Assembly: GCA_964552015.1 (NCBI GenBank)
Contig: CAZKFR010000002.1
Span: 25,931 to 89,930 of the forward strand
Source of the DNA: an uncultured Rhodothermaceae bacterium
Lineage (GTDB): Bacteria > Bacteroidota > Rhodothermia > Rhodothermales > ISCAR-4553
Direction of reading: 5' to 3'
Length of the DNA stretch: 64,000 bases
Part shown: piece by piece, positions 26,685-37,905 of the stretch
Numbering within the stretch: position 1 is the first letter of the stretch
Layout of the letters: each line of letters starts with the position of its first letter
The notes under the pieces: generated by a model
Seen by the model: the letters and a program-made list of their open reading frames with translations, nothing else
Databases searched by the model: none
Told to the model about the DNA's origin: nothing
Position numbers and translations under genes: made by a program

Positions 26685-27443
26685 ATGGCCACATCCGAAG
26701 AACATACCGAATCCGGCGAACCTGCCGAAGCGGGTGGTGCGTCGTCTCTGCGGCCGGCGGCGCTCCCGTTTTCAGAGGATGCCGTTCCCGTGCCGGGCAC
26801 CTCGTCCGACTCTGGAGGCGGGTCCCTGCCTGCCGGTGAAGACGAGGATGCGGAGCCGAAGAAGAAAAAGAAAAAGAAGGGGAAACTCGGCACCGAGCGG
26901 GGCATCGAGACGATGTTCCGCACCTCGTACCGGACCCACATGGACCTCAGCGCCCTGGCCGATACGAAGGCGAACATCATGATCAGCATCAACGGTCTGA
27001 TCATCTCCATCCTGATTGCCTCCATCTCCCCGAAAATCGACGCCAACCCCTGGCTGCTCATCCCGACGGCGATCTTTCTGCTGTGCTGCCTGGTATCGAT
27101 CATCTACGCGGTTCTTGCGGCGCGCCCACGGGTGACGAGTGACATGATCTCGCTCGAGGATGTGCGCGCTCGCCGGGCCAACATCCTGTTCTTCGGTCAC
27201 TTCGTCAACCTCTCGCGGGACGACTATGTGGCGGCCATGACCGATCTGATGCAGGACACCGATGAGTTGTATCAGAGCATGATCCGGGACATCTACGGCC
27301 TGGGTCTGGTGCTTCAGCGCAAGTTCGCCCTGCTTCGCATTTCGTACAACGCGTTCATGGTCGGCCTCATCGCCGGCATTCTCTCGTTCCTGGTTATCTT
27401 TACCTGGGTCGTGCTGGGGACGGGGGGGACGGCGCTTCCCTGA
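26685..27443 (+). CDS. DUF5706 / Pycsar-effector-family-like membrane protein with a disordered acidic/poly-Lys N-terminus
   Basis: The core RGIETMFRTSYRTHMDLSALADTKANIMISINGLIISILIA plus further TM helices matches my recollection of the DUF5706 family (NCBI name: Pycsar system effector family protein). GC is visibly lower than in neighbouring genes. The assignment is by recall, not by search. Confidence 0.6.
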   Translation: MATSEEHTESGEPAEAGGASSLRPAALPFSEDAVPVPGTSSDSGGGSLPAGEDEDAEPKKKKKKKGKLGTERGIETMFRTSYRTHMDLSALADTKANIMISINGLIISILIASISPKIDANPWLLIPTAIFLLCCLVSIIYAVLAARPRVTSDMISLEDVRARRANILFFGHFVNLSRDDYVAAMTDLMQDTDELYQSMIRDIYGLGLVLQRKFALLRISYNAFMVGLIAGILSFLVIFTWVVLGTGGTALP

Positions 27444-27457
27444 TTTCGACGGGCATC

Positions 27458-28282
27458 ATGGTCATCACGTTCTGGGGCGTGCGCGGGTCGGTGCCGACAC
27501 CGGGGCGGCATACGTGCCGGTACGGCGGGAACACGTCGTGCGTGAGTGTGGAGATCGAGGACCGTGTGCTGGTCCTCGATGCCGGCACCGGCCTGATCGA
27601 GCTGGGGGCGTCGCTGGCCGGGACGGGGCGAGCGGTGTTCGTCCTCCTGACGCACCTGCACTCCGATCATATCGCCGGATTCCCGTTCTGCCCGCTGCTG
27701 TACCGTACCGATAGCCGGCTCCACCTGCTCAGCTATGAACACGAGGGGCGGCCCTGGTCGCTCATGCGGCTGCTCGACGGTTGCCATTTCCCGCTGCGGG
27801 CCGCCGACATCGTGGCCCGTCCGGTGTGTGTGGAGGCCGATCCGCTGGGTTACCTGGCCGCGCATGGTTTTTCGGTGCGGCGGCTGGCCCTGAACCATCC
27901 CGGCGGGGCCTTCGGGTACCGCATCACGCACCACGGACGGTCGGTGGTCTTCATGCCCGACAACGAGCTCGACCCGCCGCCGCCCGTCGTGACGGCGTAT
28001 CCGGAGATGGTGGCTTTCTGCCGGGGGGCGGACGTGCTCATCCACGACGCGCAGTACCTGCAGGAGGAGCACGCCGAGCACCGGGGCTGGGGGCACTCGA
28101 CGCTCGAGCAAGCCTGCAAGCTGGCCCGGGATGCCGGCGTCGGGCACTTCGTCGCCTTTCACCATGACCCTTCCCGCACCGACGATGCCCTCGACGCCAT
28201 GCAGGAGCGGGCCCGGGCGTTGGTGGCGGCGCACGGCATCCGGTGTACCGTCGCCTACGAAGGGTTGCGCCTGGTGCTCTGA
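27458..28282 (+). CDS. MBL-fold metallo-hydrolase (PhnP/cyclic-nucleotide-phosphodiesterase-like subgroup)
   Basis: ITFWGVRGSVPTPG...GGNTSC...LDAGTG...THLHSDHIAGFPF (HxHxDH) ...GHST...FHHDP. It starts 14 nt after the DUF5706 stop. Confidence 0.85.
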   Translation: MVITFWGVRGSVPTPGRHTCRYGGNTSCVSVEIEDRVLVLDAGTGLIELGASLAGTGRAVFVLLTHLHSDHIAGFPFCPLLYRTDSRLHLLSYEHEGRPWSLMRLLDGCHFPLRAADIVARPVCVEADPLGYLAAHGFSVRRLALNHPGGAFGYRITHHGRSVVFMPDNELDPPPPVVTAYPEMVAFCRGADVLIHDAQYLQEEHAEHRGWGHSTLEQACKLARDAGVGHFVAFHHDPSRTDDALDAMQERARALVAAHGIRCTVAYEGLRLVL

Positions 28283-28467
28283 GCCGTGGGGCGAGGAGGA
28301 AGCGCGCCGAAAGGGGGCTGAACGGGCGCGTAGCAGGTTTCGGCGTCTTTACCGGATCTTTTCTTGCCGATACGATAGCGTTTGGCTAATTTGCGCGCCG
28401 TGTGTTTTTCGGCGGCCTGTGCGCGGTGCACGCCGCACTCCCACCACGACGATCCACCTTCCCCTTC

Positions 28468-28977
28468 ATGATCGCGCAATTTCTCTTTTTCCTGCTGGCG
28501 ATCGTAGCCGTGGCGGCCGCGCTGGGGATGTTGCTCTCGCGCAACCCGGTCAACAGCGCGCTCTGGCTGATCCTGAACCTTTTCTGCATCGCGGGGCTGT
28601 ATCTGACGCTGCATGCGCAGTTCATCGCGGTGATCCAGGTGCTGGTCTATGCCGGTGCCATCATGGTGTTGTTCCTGTTCGTGATCATGCTGCTGAATCT
28701 GGCGGCGTTGCCCCGGTTTCAGCAGGTGGACTGGCGGCGGGGGGTGGCCTTCGTGCTCGTGATGGGCGTGCTGGCCGAGCTGGCCTATATCACGGCCCTG
28801 GCGGCGGACGTGCTGCCGGAGCCGGTATCCCCCGAACAGGCCGCGCAAACCGGGTATGCCACCGAGATCGCCAAGGAGCTGTTTACGCGGTATGCGCTGC
28901 CGCTGGAGATGATTGGCGTGCTCCTGCTGGTGGCTACCATCGGTGCCGTCATGTTCGCCAAGCGGCGGTTCGTTTGA
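28468..28977 (+). CDS. nuoJ: NADH-quinone oxidoreductase subunit J
   Basis: MIAQFLFFLLAIVAVAAALGMLLSRNPVNSALWLIL..VLVYAGAIMVLFLFVIMLL. ATG at 28468. Confidence 0.9.
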   Translation: MIAQFLFFLLAIVAVAAALGMLLSRNPVNSALWLILNLFCIAGLYLTLHAQFIAVIQVLVYAGAIMVLFLFVIMLLNLAALPRFQQVDWRRGVAFVLVMGVLAELAYITALAADVLPEPVSPEQAAQTGYATEIAKELFTRYALPLEMIGVLLLVATIGAVMFAKRRFV

Positions 28978-29031
28978 GCCCGGGTCGCACGCGGGGCCGG
29001 CGCTAAACCCGAAACCGAAGTCGTTCTCCCC

Positions 29032-29331
29032 ATGGATATTTCCTGGTATCTGGCGCTGAGCGCGGTGCTCTTCACCATCGGGGTGCTGGGGGTGCTCCTG
29101 CGCCGTAACGCCATCCTCATCCTGATGTCGGTGGAGCTGATGCTCAATGCCGTCAACCTGACGCTGGTGGCCTTCAGCCAGGCGCTGGGGGACGTGGCCG
29201 GGCAGGTGCTCGTCTTCTTCGTGATGTCGGTCGCCGCGGCCGAGGCCGCCATCGGCCTGGCGATCGTGATCGCGATCTTCCGGGGCAAGCTGACCGTGGA
29301 TGTGACCCAGATCAACCTGTTCAAATACTGA
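29032..29331 (+). CDS. nuoK: NADH-quinone oxidoreductase subunit K
   Basis: 99 aa with three TM helices, and conserved [13 protein letters not shown] and [11 protein letters not shown]. Confidence 0.95.
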   Translation: MDISWYLALSAVLFTIGVLGVLLRRNAILILMSVELMLNAVNLTLVAFSQALGDVAGQVLVFFVMSVAAAEAAIGLAIVIAIFRGKLTVDVTQINLFKY

Positions 29332-29397
29332 CGACCGGTATTTCCGCCGGCCGGTCCGGAGCCGGCCCGTGCCTGCCATCTGTAGCCTGTTGCTTCT

Positions 29398-31380
29398 ATG
29401 GAAACAGATTTTCTCGTACGGCTGATCCTGCTCCTGCCGCTGGCAGGTGCGGCCTTCAACGGCCTCCTGCCGCTGTTCGTCCCGACCCTGCGCGGGCAGA
29501 AGCTCCTCATCGGCAGTGTCGGGACGGCCGTGGTGGTGATCCCCTTCGTGCTGGCCGTCTACCTGTTCGCCACCTTCGGAGGCGAGCCCGTCGTGACGAC
29601 GTTCTTCACCTGGATGGCGGCCGGGGATCTGAACCTCTCGTTCAGCTACCGCATCGATGAGCTGTCGCTGCTGATGACGCTCATCGTAACCGGGGTCGGC
29701 GGGCTGATCCACCTGTACTCGAACGGGTACATGCACGAGGATGAGGGGTTCTGGCGGTTCTTTGCCTACCTGAACCTGTTCATCTTCATGATGCTCAACC
29801 TGGTGCTGGGGAACAGCCTGCCGGTGCTGTTCCTGGGCTGGGAGGGCGTCGGGCTCTGTTCCTACCTGCTGATCGGGTTCTGGTATACCGACCTGAAGAA
29901 CAGCGCCGCCGCCAACAAGGCGTTCATCATGAACCGGGTGGGGGACTTTGCCTTCCTCCTGGCGATGTTCATCCTCTTCCGCGAGCTGGGCAGCCTGGAC
30001 TTCGACGTGCTGCTGACGGAAGGCCCGTCGATGTCGCAGGCGACGATCAACTGGGTGGTCTTCCTGCTCTTCTTTGGCGCGACGGGTAAGAGCGCGCAGA
30101 TCCCGCTCTACACCTGGTTGCCCGACGCCATGGCCGGTCCCACGCCCGTCTCGGCGCTGATCCATGCCGCCACGATGGTCACGAGCGGCCTCTACCTGCT
30201 GGCCCGGCTCTCGCCGCTGGTGCTGGCGGCCCCCGGTGTCATGGCGCTGATCGCCATCATCGGGGCCACGACGGCGCTCGTGGCGGCCACCATCGCCATC
30301 ACGCAGAACGACATCAAGAAGGTGCTGGCGTACTCGACGGTCTCCCAGCTCGGCTACATGTTTCTGGCCTCGGGGGTGGGGGCGTTCTACGTCGCCATCT
30401 TCCACGTGATGACGCATGCCTTCTTCAAGGGCTGCCTGTTCCTGGGCTCGGGGAGCGTCATCCACGCCATGCACCACGTCGAGCACGAGGTGGCGCACCG
30501 GGGCAAGGGGCACCTGGACCCGCAGGACATGCGCACGATGGGCGGGCTGAAGAAGTACATGCCCCAGACGCGCCTGACCTTCCTCATCGCCACGCTGGCC
30601 ATTGCCGGCTTCCCGCTCCTGGCGGGCTTCTTCTCGAAGGATGAGATCCTGTTCAAGGCCTTCGAGTACGGCTACAACGGGCACGCCTATGCCTGGTTTG
30701 CCTGGGGCGTCGGCATCCTGACGGCCATCCTGACGGCGATCTACATGACGCGGTGCTACGTGCTCACGTTCGAGGGCGAGGAGCGCTGGCCGCTGGCCGA
30801 GGCGGTTCACCCGCACGAGTCGCCCTGGACGATGACGGTGCCGCTCTGGGTGCTGGCGGGCCTGTCGGTGGTGGGCGGCTTCCTCGGGCTGCCGGCGGTC
30901 ATTGCACACGGCGAGCTGAACTGGATCCACCACTGGCTGGCCGGCGAGCACGGACCGGTGGCCGAGGCGACGCTGCACGGGCACGTCCCGCTGGCGCTCG
31001 AGTGGGGCCTGATCGCGCTGGGGGCGCTGATTGCGCTCGTGGGCATCGGGCTGGCCTGGCAGTGGTACACGCAGCACGGGCTGGCCTTCGACCTTCGGCT
31101 GAAGGAACGCTTCGGCAAACTCTACCGGTGGGCCTCGGATCTGTACTACGTAGACGACTTTTATCGGGCCACGTTCGTCCGCCTGGTCATTGGCGGGGCC
31201 GAGAAAGGACTGGCGCCGTTCGACCAGAAGGTCATCGACGGGATCGTCAACGGCGTGGCCCGGATGACGCGCGGCATCGGCCTGGCGCTGCGCTACATCC
31301 AGACCGGCGTCGTGCAATCCTATGCCGTGGCCATCGTCTTCGGCGTGGTGCTCATCCTCGCCCTGATGCTCTTTGGATAA
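29398..31380 (+). CDS. nuoL: NADH-quinone oxidoreductase subunit L
   Basis: 660 aa, Mrp-antiporter-like, with WEGVGLCSYLLIGFW, KSAQIPLYTWLPDAMAGPTPVSALIHAATMV and a long C-terminal amphipathic arm. Confidence 0.95.
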   Translation: METDFLVRLILLLPLAGAAFNGLLPLFVPTLRGQKLLIGSVGTAVVVIPFVLAVYLFATFGGEPVVTTFFTWMAAGDLNLSFSYRIDELSLLMTLIVTGVGGLIHLYSNGYMHEDEGFWRFFAYLNLFIFMMLNLVLGNSLPVLFLGWEGVGLCSYLLIGFWYTDLKNSAAANKAFIMNRVGDFAFLLAMFILFRELGSLDFDVLLTEGPSMSQATINWVVFLLFFGATGKSAQIPLYTWLPDAMAGPTPVSALIHAATMVTSGLYLLARLSPLVLAAPGVMALIAIIGATTALVAATIAITQNDIKKVLAYSTVSQLGYMFLASGVGAFYVAIFHVMTHAFFKGCLFLGSGSVIHAMHHVEHEVAHRGKGHLDPQDMRTMGGLKKYMPQTRLTFLIATLAIAGFPLLAGFFSKDEILFKAFEYGYNGHAYAWFAWGVGILTAILTAIYMTRCYVLTFEGEERWPLAEAVHPHESPWTMTVPLWVLAGLSVVGGFLGLPAVIAHGELNWIHHWLAGEHGPVAEATLHGHVPLALEWGLIALGALIALVGIGLAWQWYTQHGLAFDLRLKERFGKLYRWASDLYYVDDFYRATFVRLVIGGAEKGLAPFDQKVIDGIVNGVARMTRGIGLALRYIQTGVVQSYAVAIVFGVVLILALMLFG

Positions 31381-31416
31381 GTCGAACCCGGCGCACCGCC
31401 GATCGCACATACCACC

Positions 31417-33033
<1,617 letters not shown>

Positions 33034-33064
33034 CGTGCTTTATCGACCAACCCTTTTTCCACCC

Positions 33065-34681
33065 ATGAAGACACCGTATCTGGTCTCCGGATTTGTGCGC
33101 CGCGTACTGGGCGGGGTGCCCTTCCTCTGGTTGTTTGTCATTGGCCTGGCGCTGGCGTGCATGGCGCCGGCCCGGGCGCTGGGGCAGGACGTGGATACGG
33201 CCACGGCTGCCGTCGAAGCCGCCGCCGCGCACGCGGGCGATCCCGCTGCCGGCCACGAAGCAGCCGGGGAGGCGACCGGGATGCAGGACGCCGGCGAGCA
33301 CGGTCAGGAGGCCGGGCACGGCGGGGAGCACCCGGAACCGCCCGTGTGGCTCGTGCTGCCGTTCGTAGCCATCCTGCTCATGATCGCCACCGGGCCGCTC
33401 TTCTATCCCCACCACTGGCACCACCATTATCCCAAATATGCCATCGGGCTGGGGCTCATCGTGGTGTTCTACTACATCTTCGGGATGGGGACCGTCGTGC
33501 CCGTGCAGCACGCGCTCGATGAATACCTGTCGTTCATCGCGCTGGTCGCCTCGCTCTTCATCGCGGCCAGCGGCATCTTCGTGAGCATCAACGCGAAAGG
33601 GACGCCCCGCAACAACATCATCCTGCTGTTCTGCGCTTCGGTCATCGCCAACCTGATCGCCACGACCGGCTCGGCGATGCTCTTCATCCGCTCCTTTATG
33701 CGGCTGAACAAAGGGCGACTGAAGGCCTATCATATCATCTTCTTCATCTTCCTCGTCGCCAACGTGGGTGGGGCGCTGACCCCCATCGGCGACCCGCCGC
33801 TGTTCCTCGGCTTCCTCCGTGGCGTGCCGTTCTTCTGGACGTTCATGCACGTCTGGTACATCTGGCTGCCGACGACCATCATGATCCTGGCGGTCTTCTA
33901 CGTGTTCGACAAACGGAACAAGCTGGAGAGCCCGGATCCGGAGCCCGGTAAGCCGCTCCTCGGCCTGCAGGGGACTAAGAGCTTCTTCTGGGTCCTGCTG
34001 ATCATCCTGCTCGTGTTCGTCGACCCGAACGTCTTCCCCTGGGTGCCGAGCCCGAAGAACCTGCATCTGCCCTTCGGCTTCCACCTGCCGCTGGGGATCC
34101 GGGAGGCCGGGATGTTCCTCGTGGCGTTCCTGGCCTACAAGACGGCCGACAAGGAGGCCATGGCGAAGAACGAGTTCAACTTCGAGCCGATCCGGGAGGT
34201 GGGGTGGCTCTTCCTGGGCATCTTTGCCACGATGCAGCCGGCCCTCGAACTCATCAGTTCGTTTGCGCAGCACCATGCCGAGGACCTGACGGTCGGAATG
34301 TTCTACTGGGGGACGGGGGCGCTCTCGGGCATCCTGGACAACGCGCCGACGTACCTCAACTTCGTGGCGGCGGCCATGGGTAAGTTCGGCCTCGATGTGA
34401 ACCTGCCGGCGCACGTGAAGGACTTCGCCCTGCCGGAGATGGCCCATCCGGACTCGTGGCACTTCCTGCAGGCGATCTCGGTGGCCGCCGTGTTCTTCGG
34501 GGCGATGAGTTACATCGGGAACGCACCGAACTTCATGGTGAAAGCCATCGCGGAGGCGAACGGTGTCGAGACGCCCTCGTTCATGGGCTACATCCTCCGG
34601 TACTCGATCCCGATTCTGCTGCCCATTTACTTCGTGATCTACGTCATCTTCTACAGCGGGTGGGTTCTGCCCGTCAACTGA
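33065..34681 (+). CDS. nhaD: NhaD/ArsB-superfamily Na+/H+ antiporter-like permease embedded in the nuo cluster
   Basis: Polytopic protein with ion-transporter-superfamily motifs (NVGGALTPIGDPPLFLGFL, GILDNAPTYL). It has a signal-like N-terminus and a His/Ala/Glu-rich extracytoplasmic stretch. An alternative GTG start lies at 33035, 2 nt after the nuoM stop. Confidence 0.8.
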   Translation: MKTPYLVSGFVRRVLGGVPFLWLFVIGLALACMAPARALGQDVDTATAAVEAAAAHAGDPAAGHEAAGEATGMQDAGEHGQEAGHGGEHPEPPVWLVLPFVAILLMIATGPLFYPHHWHHHYPKYAIGLGLIVVFYYIFGMGTVVPVQHALDEYLSFIALVASLFIAASGIFVSINAKGTPRNNIILLFCASVIANLIATTGSAMLFIRSFMRLNKGRLKAYHIIFFIFLVANVGGALTPIGDPPLFLGFLRGVPFFWTFMHVWYIWLPTTIMILAVFYVFDKRNKLESPDPEPGKPLLGLQGTKSFFWVLLIILLVFVDPNVFPWVPSPKNLHLPFGFHLPLGIREAGMFLVAFLAYKTADKEAMAKNEFNFEPIREVGWLFLGIFATMQPALELISSFAQHHAEDLTVGMFYWGTGALSGILDNAPTYLNFVAAAMGKFGLDVNLPAHVKDFALPEMAHPDSWHFLQAISVAAVFFGAMSYIGNAPNFMVKAIAEANGVETPSFMGYILRYSIPILLPIYFVIYVIFYSGWVLPVN

Positions 34682-34690
34682 CCCTGTGCC

Positions 34691-34981
34691 ATGAGCGAAC
34701 CCCTGACGAAATCGGACATCGAGGCGGCCCTGCGGGATCTGCCGGGGTGGCGCCATGAAGACGACGCGTTGCGGAAGACGTTCACATTTTCCGACTTCCG
34801 GGAGGCGTTCAGTTTTCTGGTGCGCGTGGCCTTCGAGGCCGAGGCGCAGGCGCACCACCCGGAGATCGCCAACGTGTACAACCGCGTCACGCTGGCCCTG
34901 ACGACCCACGACGCGGGCAACCGGGTCACCGCACGTGATGTGCGGCTGGCCCGGTCCATCGAAGCGTTCAACTGGACCTGA
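34691..34981 (+). CDS. Pterin-4-alpha-carbinolamine dehydratase
   Basis: 96 aa; LPGW...L.KTFTFSDFREAFSFLVRVAFEAEAQAHHPEI.NVYNRV.L.L.THD is the classic PCD/DCoH signature. Confidence 0.9.
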   Translation: MSEPLTKSDIEAALRDLPGWRHEDDALRKTFTFSDFREAFSFLVRVAFEAEAQAHHPEIANVYNRVTLALTTHDAGNRVTARDVRLARSIEAFNWT

Positions 34982-34991
34982 TTCCGATTCT

Positions 34992-36476
34992 ATGGACTTC
35001 GCACAGGCCTACGACGCCCTGCCGGCCGATCTCGGCCGGGCCTTTCCGCTGGTGCTGCTGGTGGTGACGGGGCTCGCCGCCGTCGTCATCGATGCGTTCC
35101 GGAACAACCACCGCTCGATTCCCTGGCTGAGCCTGGCCGCGCTGGCCCTCGGGATGGTCTGGGAGGCCGGCAGCGTGCTGGAGCCGTCTTCGACGGCGTT
35201 CCATGACCTGATCCGGGTCGGCGGGTTCGCCTCGTTCGTGAACCTCATCGTGATGGGGGCGGCAGCGCTCACCGTCCTGCTCTCGGTGCCCTACCTGGAA
35301 CGGGTGCGGCACGACTACGGCGAGGTGTACGCGATCCTGCTCTTCGCTACGGCTGGCATGATGATGCTCGGATCGGCCAACAACCTGATCACCATCTTCG
35401 TGGGGCTGGAGACGATGTCGGTGTGCCTCTACATCCTGACGGGGCTCATCCGGGAAGACGCCGGCGCCGTCGAGAGTGCGCTCAAGTATTTCCTGCTGGG
35501 GGCCTTCTCGACCGGCTTCTTCCTCTACGGCATCGCCCTGCTCTACGGGGCCACCGGGACGATGTACCTGCCGGCCATGCGGGAAGGGTTGACCGCGGGC
35601 AACGAGGTGCTCTTCTGGGCCGGCGTGGCCATGCTCCTGATCGGGTTTCTCTTCAAGGTCAGCGCCGCCCCGTTCCACATGTGGACACCCGACGCCTACC
35701 AGGGGGCACCGACGACGCTGACCGGCTACATGTCCACGGCCTCGAAGGCCGCGGCCTTTGCCTCGCTGACGCTGGTGCTCTACTTCGCCCTGCCGGCCGA
35801 GCGCTGGAGCCTGGTGCTGGCCGTGGTGGCGCTGCTGACGATGGCGGTGGGTAACATCCTGGCGCTGGCGCAGAACAACGTGAAGCGCATGCTGGCGTAT
35901 TCGTCCATCGCGCATGCCGGCTACGTGCTCGTCGGGCTGGCCGCGGGGAGCGCCGAAGGGTACAGCGGCGCGCTCTTTTACCTGCTCGTCTACACCGTCA
36001 TGAACATCGGTGCCTTCGGGGTGCTGGCGATGCTGGAGTGGGACGGCAAAGAGGGGCGGGAACAGACGCTCGATTCCTTGGCCGGCATCGGCTATCGCCG
36101 CCCGCTCCTGGGCGTGACGATGGGCTTCTTCATGTTCAGCCTGACGGGGTTCCCGCCCCTGGGGGGCTTCCTGGGTAAGTACGCCGTCTTCGCGCCGGCC
36201 GTGGAAGCCGGCCTCCTCTGGCTCGTCATCCCCGGCGTGCTCCTGAGCGCCGTCTCGGGCTATTATTACCTCCGTGTGCTCTACGTCTTCTGGATGAAGT
36301 CGCCCGACGAGGAGCCGGAGCCCGTGCGGCAGGCCGCCTTCCCCGTGCCCCGCGTCGCTGCCGCCGTGCTGGTCTTCTGCGCCGTGCTGGTGCTCGTGCT
36401 CGGCGTCGTGCCGGGCCTGCTGGACGTCACCGGGGCCTACTTCGAGGGCGCGGCTGCCATGGCCGTCCTGCCGTAG
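34992..36476 (+). CDS. nuoN: NADH-quinone oxidoreductase subunit N
   Basis: ATG 34992; LETMSVCLYIL, FKVSAAPFHMWTPDAYQGAPT, MLAYSSIAHAGY. Confidence 0.93.
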   Translation: MDFAQAYDALPADLGRAFPLVLLVVTGLAAVVIDAFRNNHRSIPWLSLAALALGMVWEAGSVLEPSSTAFHDLIRVGGFASFVNLIVMGAAALTVLLSVPYLERVRHDYGEVYAILLFATAGMMMLGSANNLITIFVGLETMSVCLYILTGLIREDAGAVESALKYFLLGAFSTGFFLYGIALLYGATGTMYLPAMREGLTAGNEVLFWAGVAMLLIGFLFKVSAAPFHMWTPDAYQGAPTTLTGYMSTASKAAAFASLTLVLYFALPAERWSLVLAVVALLTMAVGNILALAQNNVKRMLAYSSIAHAGYVLVGLAAGSAEGYSGALFYLLVYTVMNIGAFGVLAMLEWDGKEGREQTLDSLAGIGYRRPLLGVTMGFFMFSLTGFPPLGGFLGKYAVFAPAVEAGLLWLVIPGVLLSAVSGYYYLRVLYVFWMKSPDEEPEPVRQAAFPVPRVAAAVLVFCAVLVLVLGVVPGLLDVTGAYFEGAAAMAVLP

Positions 36477-36568
36477 GATCTGGGGGGGCGGGCGTAGCGT
36501 TGGGAAACGTTGCGCGTTAATCGTTCAACGCGTAACGTGTACCGCGCATCATTCACCGCACGCCCGGC

Positions 36569-37150
36569 ATGGAAACGCTGCTCATCGACCTGATCCCGCA
36601 CGCCCCCCAGATGGGGCTCTACGTCAAGCCCCACATCCCGGCCGACAAGCTGGCCAACGCCCTCCGGGATTACGCGAAGACGGTCCGTGCCGAGGAGGTG
36701 CTGGCGCTCTACGACGCCACGCTGATGGGCAGCGCCCGCGATGGGGCCGTCTTTACGGCCGACCGGTTCGTCTTCCAGAACAACAACCTGGAGGAACCCC
36801 AGGAGATCCGTTACGAGGACCTGGTGCGGGTCACCACCACGAAGAAATTCCTCGGGGGGCGGAAGGTGGAGATCGACGTCAATCGCGGGCGCGCCACGGT
36901 GACGCTGGAGATCGACTTCTCGGGCAAACCCGAGGCGGCCGGATACGTGGCGCGCTTCCTGAACGAGGCCATGCTGCGCGGCGTGATGGAGACACGCGAG
37001 ACCGGCGGGGAGGACGCAACGCCGTTTCCACGTCCGGGTGTGCAGACGGACCTGGAGGCCGTTCGGGCCGCCCTCGACGAGCTGCACGAACAGGAACTGC
37101 TCTCCGCGGAAGACTGGCACAAACTCCGCCGCTGTATCGGCCTGGAATGA
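36569..37150 (+). CDS. Hypothetical protein with a PH/GRAM-like core and a SHOCT-like C-terminal helix
   Basis: 193 aa. The central GAVFTADRFVFQNNN...IRYEDLVRV...VEIDVNRG region resembles bacterial PH-like folds. The C-terminal DLEAVRAALDELHEQELLSAEDWHKLRRCI resembles SHOCT. Both calls are tentative. Confidence 0.55.
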   Translation: METLLIDLIPHAPQMGLYVKPHIPADKLANALRDYAKTVRAEEVLALYDATLMGSARDGAVFTADRFVFQNNNLEEPQEIRYEDLVRVTTTKKFLGGRKVEIDVNRGRATVTLEIDFSGKPEAAGYVARFLNEAMLRGVMETRETGGEDATPFPRPGVQTDLEAVRAALDELHEQELLSAEDWHKLRRCIGLE

Positions 37151-37249
37151 CGGCCCGGGGGGACATGTGGCAAAACATAGTGCGTCGTAATCCGTAAGAA
37201 AGAACAGTTCGAAAACCGACGCATCAACCCCATCAAACCGGAGGATACC

Positions 37250-37879
37250 ATGGCACATACACTCCCTGATCTGCCCTATCCCTATGACGCGCTCGAACCC
37301 CATATCGACGCGCGCACGATGGAGATCCATCATACGAAGCACCATCAGGGGTACGTGAACAACCTCAACAAGGCGCTCGAAGGACACGCAGACCTGCAGG
37401 CCCGGAGCCTCGAAGACCTGCTGCGTGGGATCGATGAGGTCCCCGAGGCCATCCGCACGGCCGTGCGCAACAATGGCGGCGGGCACGCCAACCACAGCCT
37501 GTTCTGGACGATCATGTCGCCGAACGGCGGGGGGGCGCCGCAGGGTAGCCTGGCCGAGGCCATCGAGGCCGCCTTCGGGTCCTTCGAGGCCTTCAAGGAG
37601 AAGTTCTCGGCTGAGGCTGCCGGGCGCTTCGGCAGCGGCTGGGCCTGGCTCGTCGTCGACCAGGACGCCAACCTCCAGGTCTACAGCACCGCCAACCAGG
37701 ACAGCCCCTATATGCAGGGCCACACGCCCATCCTGGGGCTCGACGTCTGGGAGCATGCCTACTACCTGCATTACCAGAACCGCCGCCCGGACTATATCCA
37801 GCACTGGTGGAACGTGGTGAACTGGGAGCAGGTCGCCAGGAATTACGAAGCCGCCCGCAGCGCCGTTGCGGCCGGGTGA
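37250..37879 (+). CDS. Fe/Mn-family superoxide dismutase
   Basis: [32 protein letters not shown]...[10 protein letters not shown]...[15 protein letters not shown] lies 5 nt upstream of the ATG. Confidence 0.95.
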   Translation: MAHTLPDLPYPYDALEPHIDARTMEIHHTKHHQGYVNNLNKALEGHADLQARSLEDLLRGIDEVPEAIRTAVRNNGGGHANHSLFWTIMSPNGGGAPQGSLAEAIEAAFGSFEAFKEKFSAEAAGRFGSGWAWLVVDQDANLQVYSTANQDSPYMQGHTPILGLDVWEHAYYLHYQNRRPDYIQHWWNVVNWEQVARNYEAARSAVAAG

Positions 37880-37905
37880 GGTCGTCCGACCGTTGCAGGG
37901 TTTGC

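Noticed and set aside
26858-26885. 28-nt all-purine (GAA/AAA) tract encoding KKKKKKKGK, as a possible slipped-strand phase-variation switch
   Set aside because: The tract is an interrupted mixture of GAA, AAG and AAA codons rather than a long homopolymer or perfect microsatellite. It is more simply a basic linker in a disordered N-terminus.
26685-28282. A complete Pycsar anti-phage system
   Set aside because: No pyrimidine or nucleotide cyclase gene is adjacent. The flanks are a propeller protein and nuoJ. No cNMP-binding domain is evident in the DUF5706-like protein. Only the weaker effector-like plus hydrolase pairing is reported.
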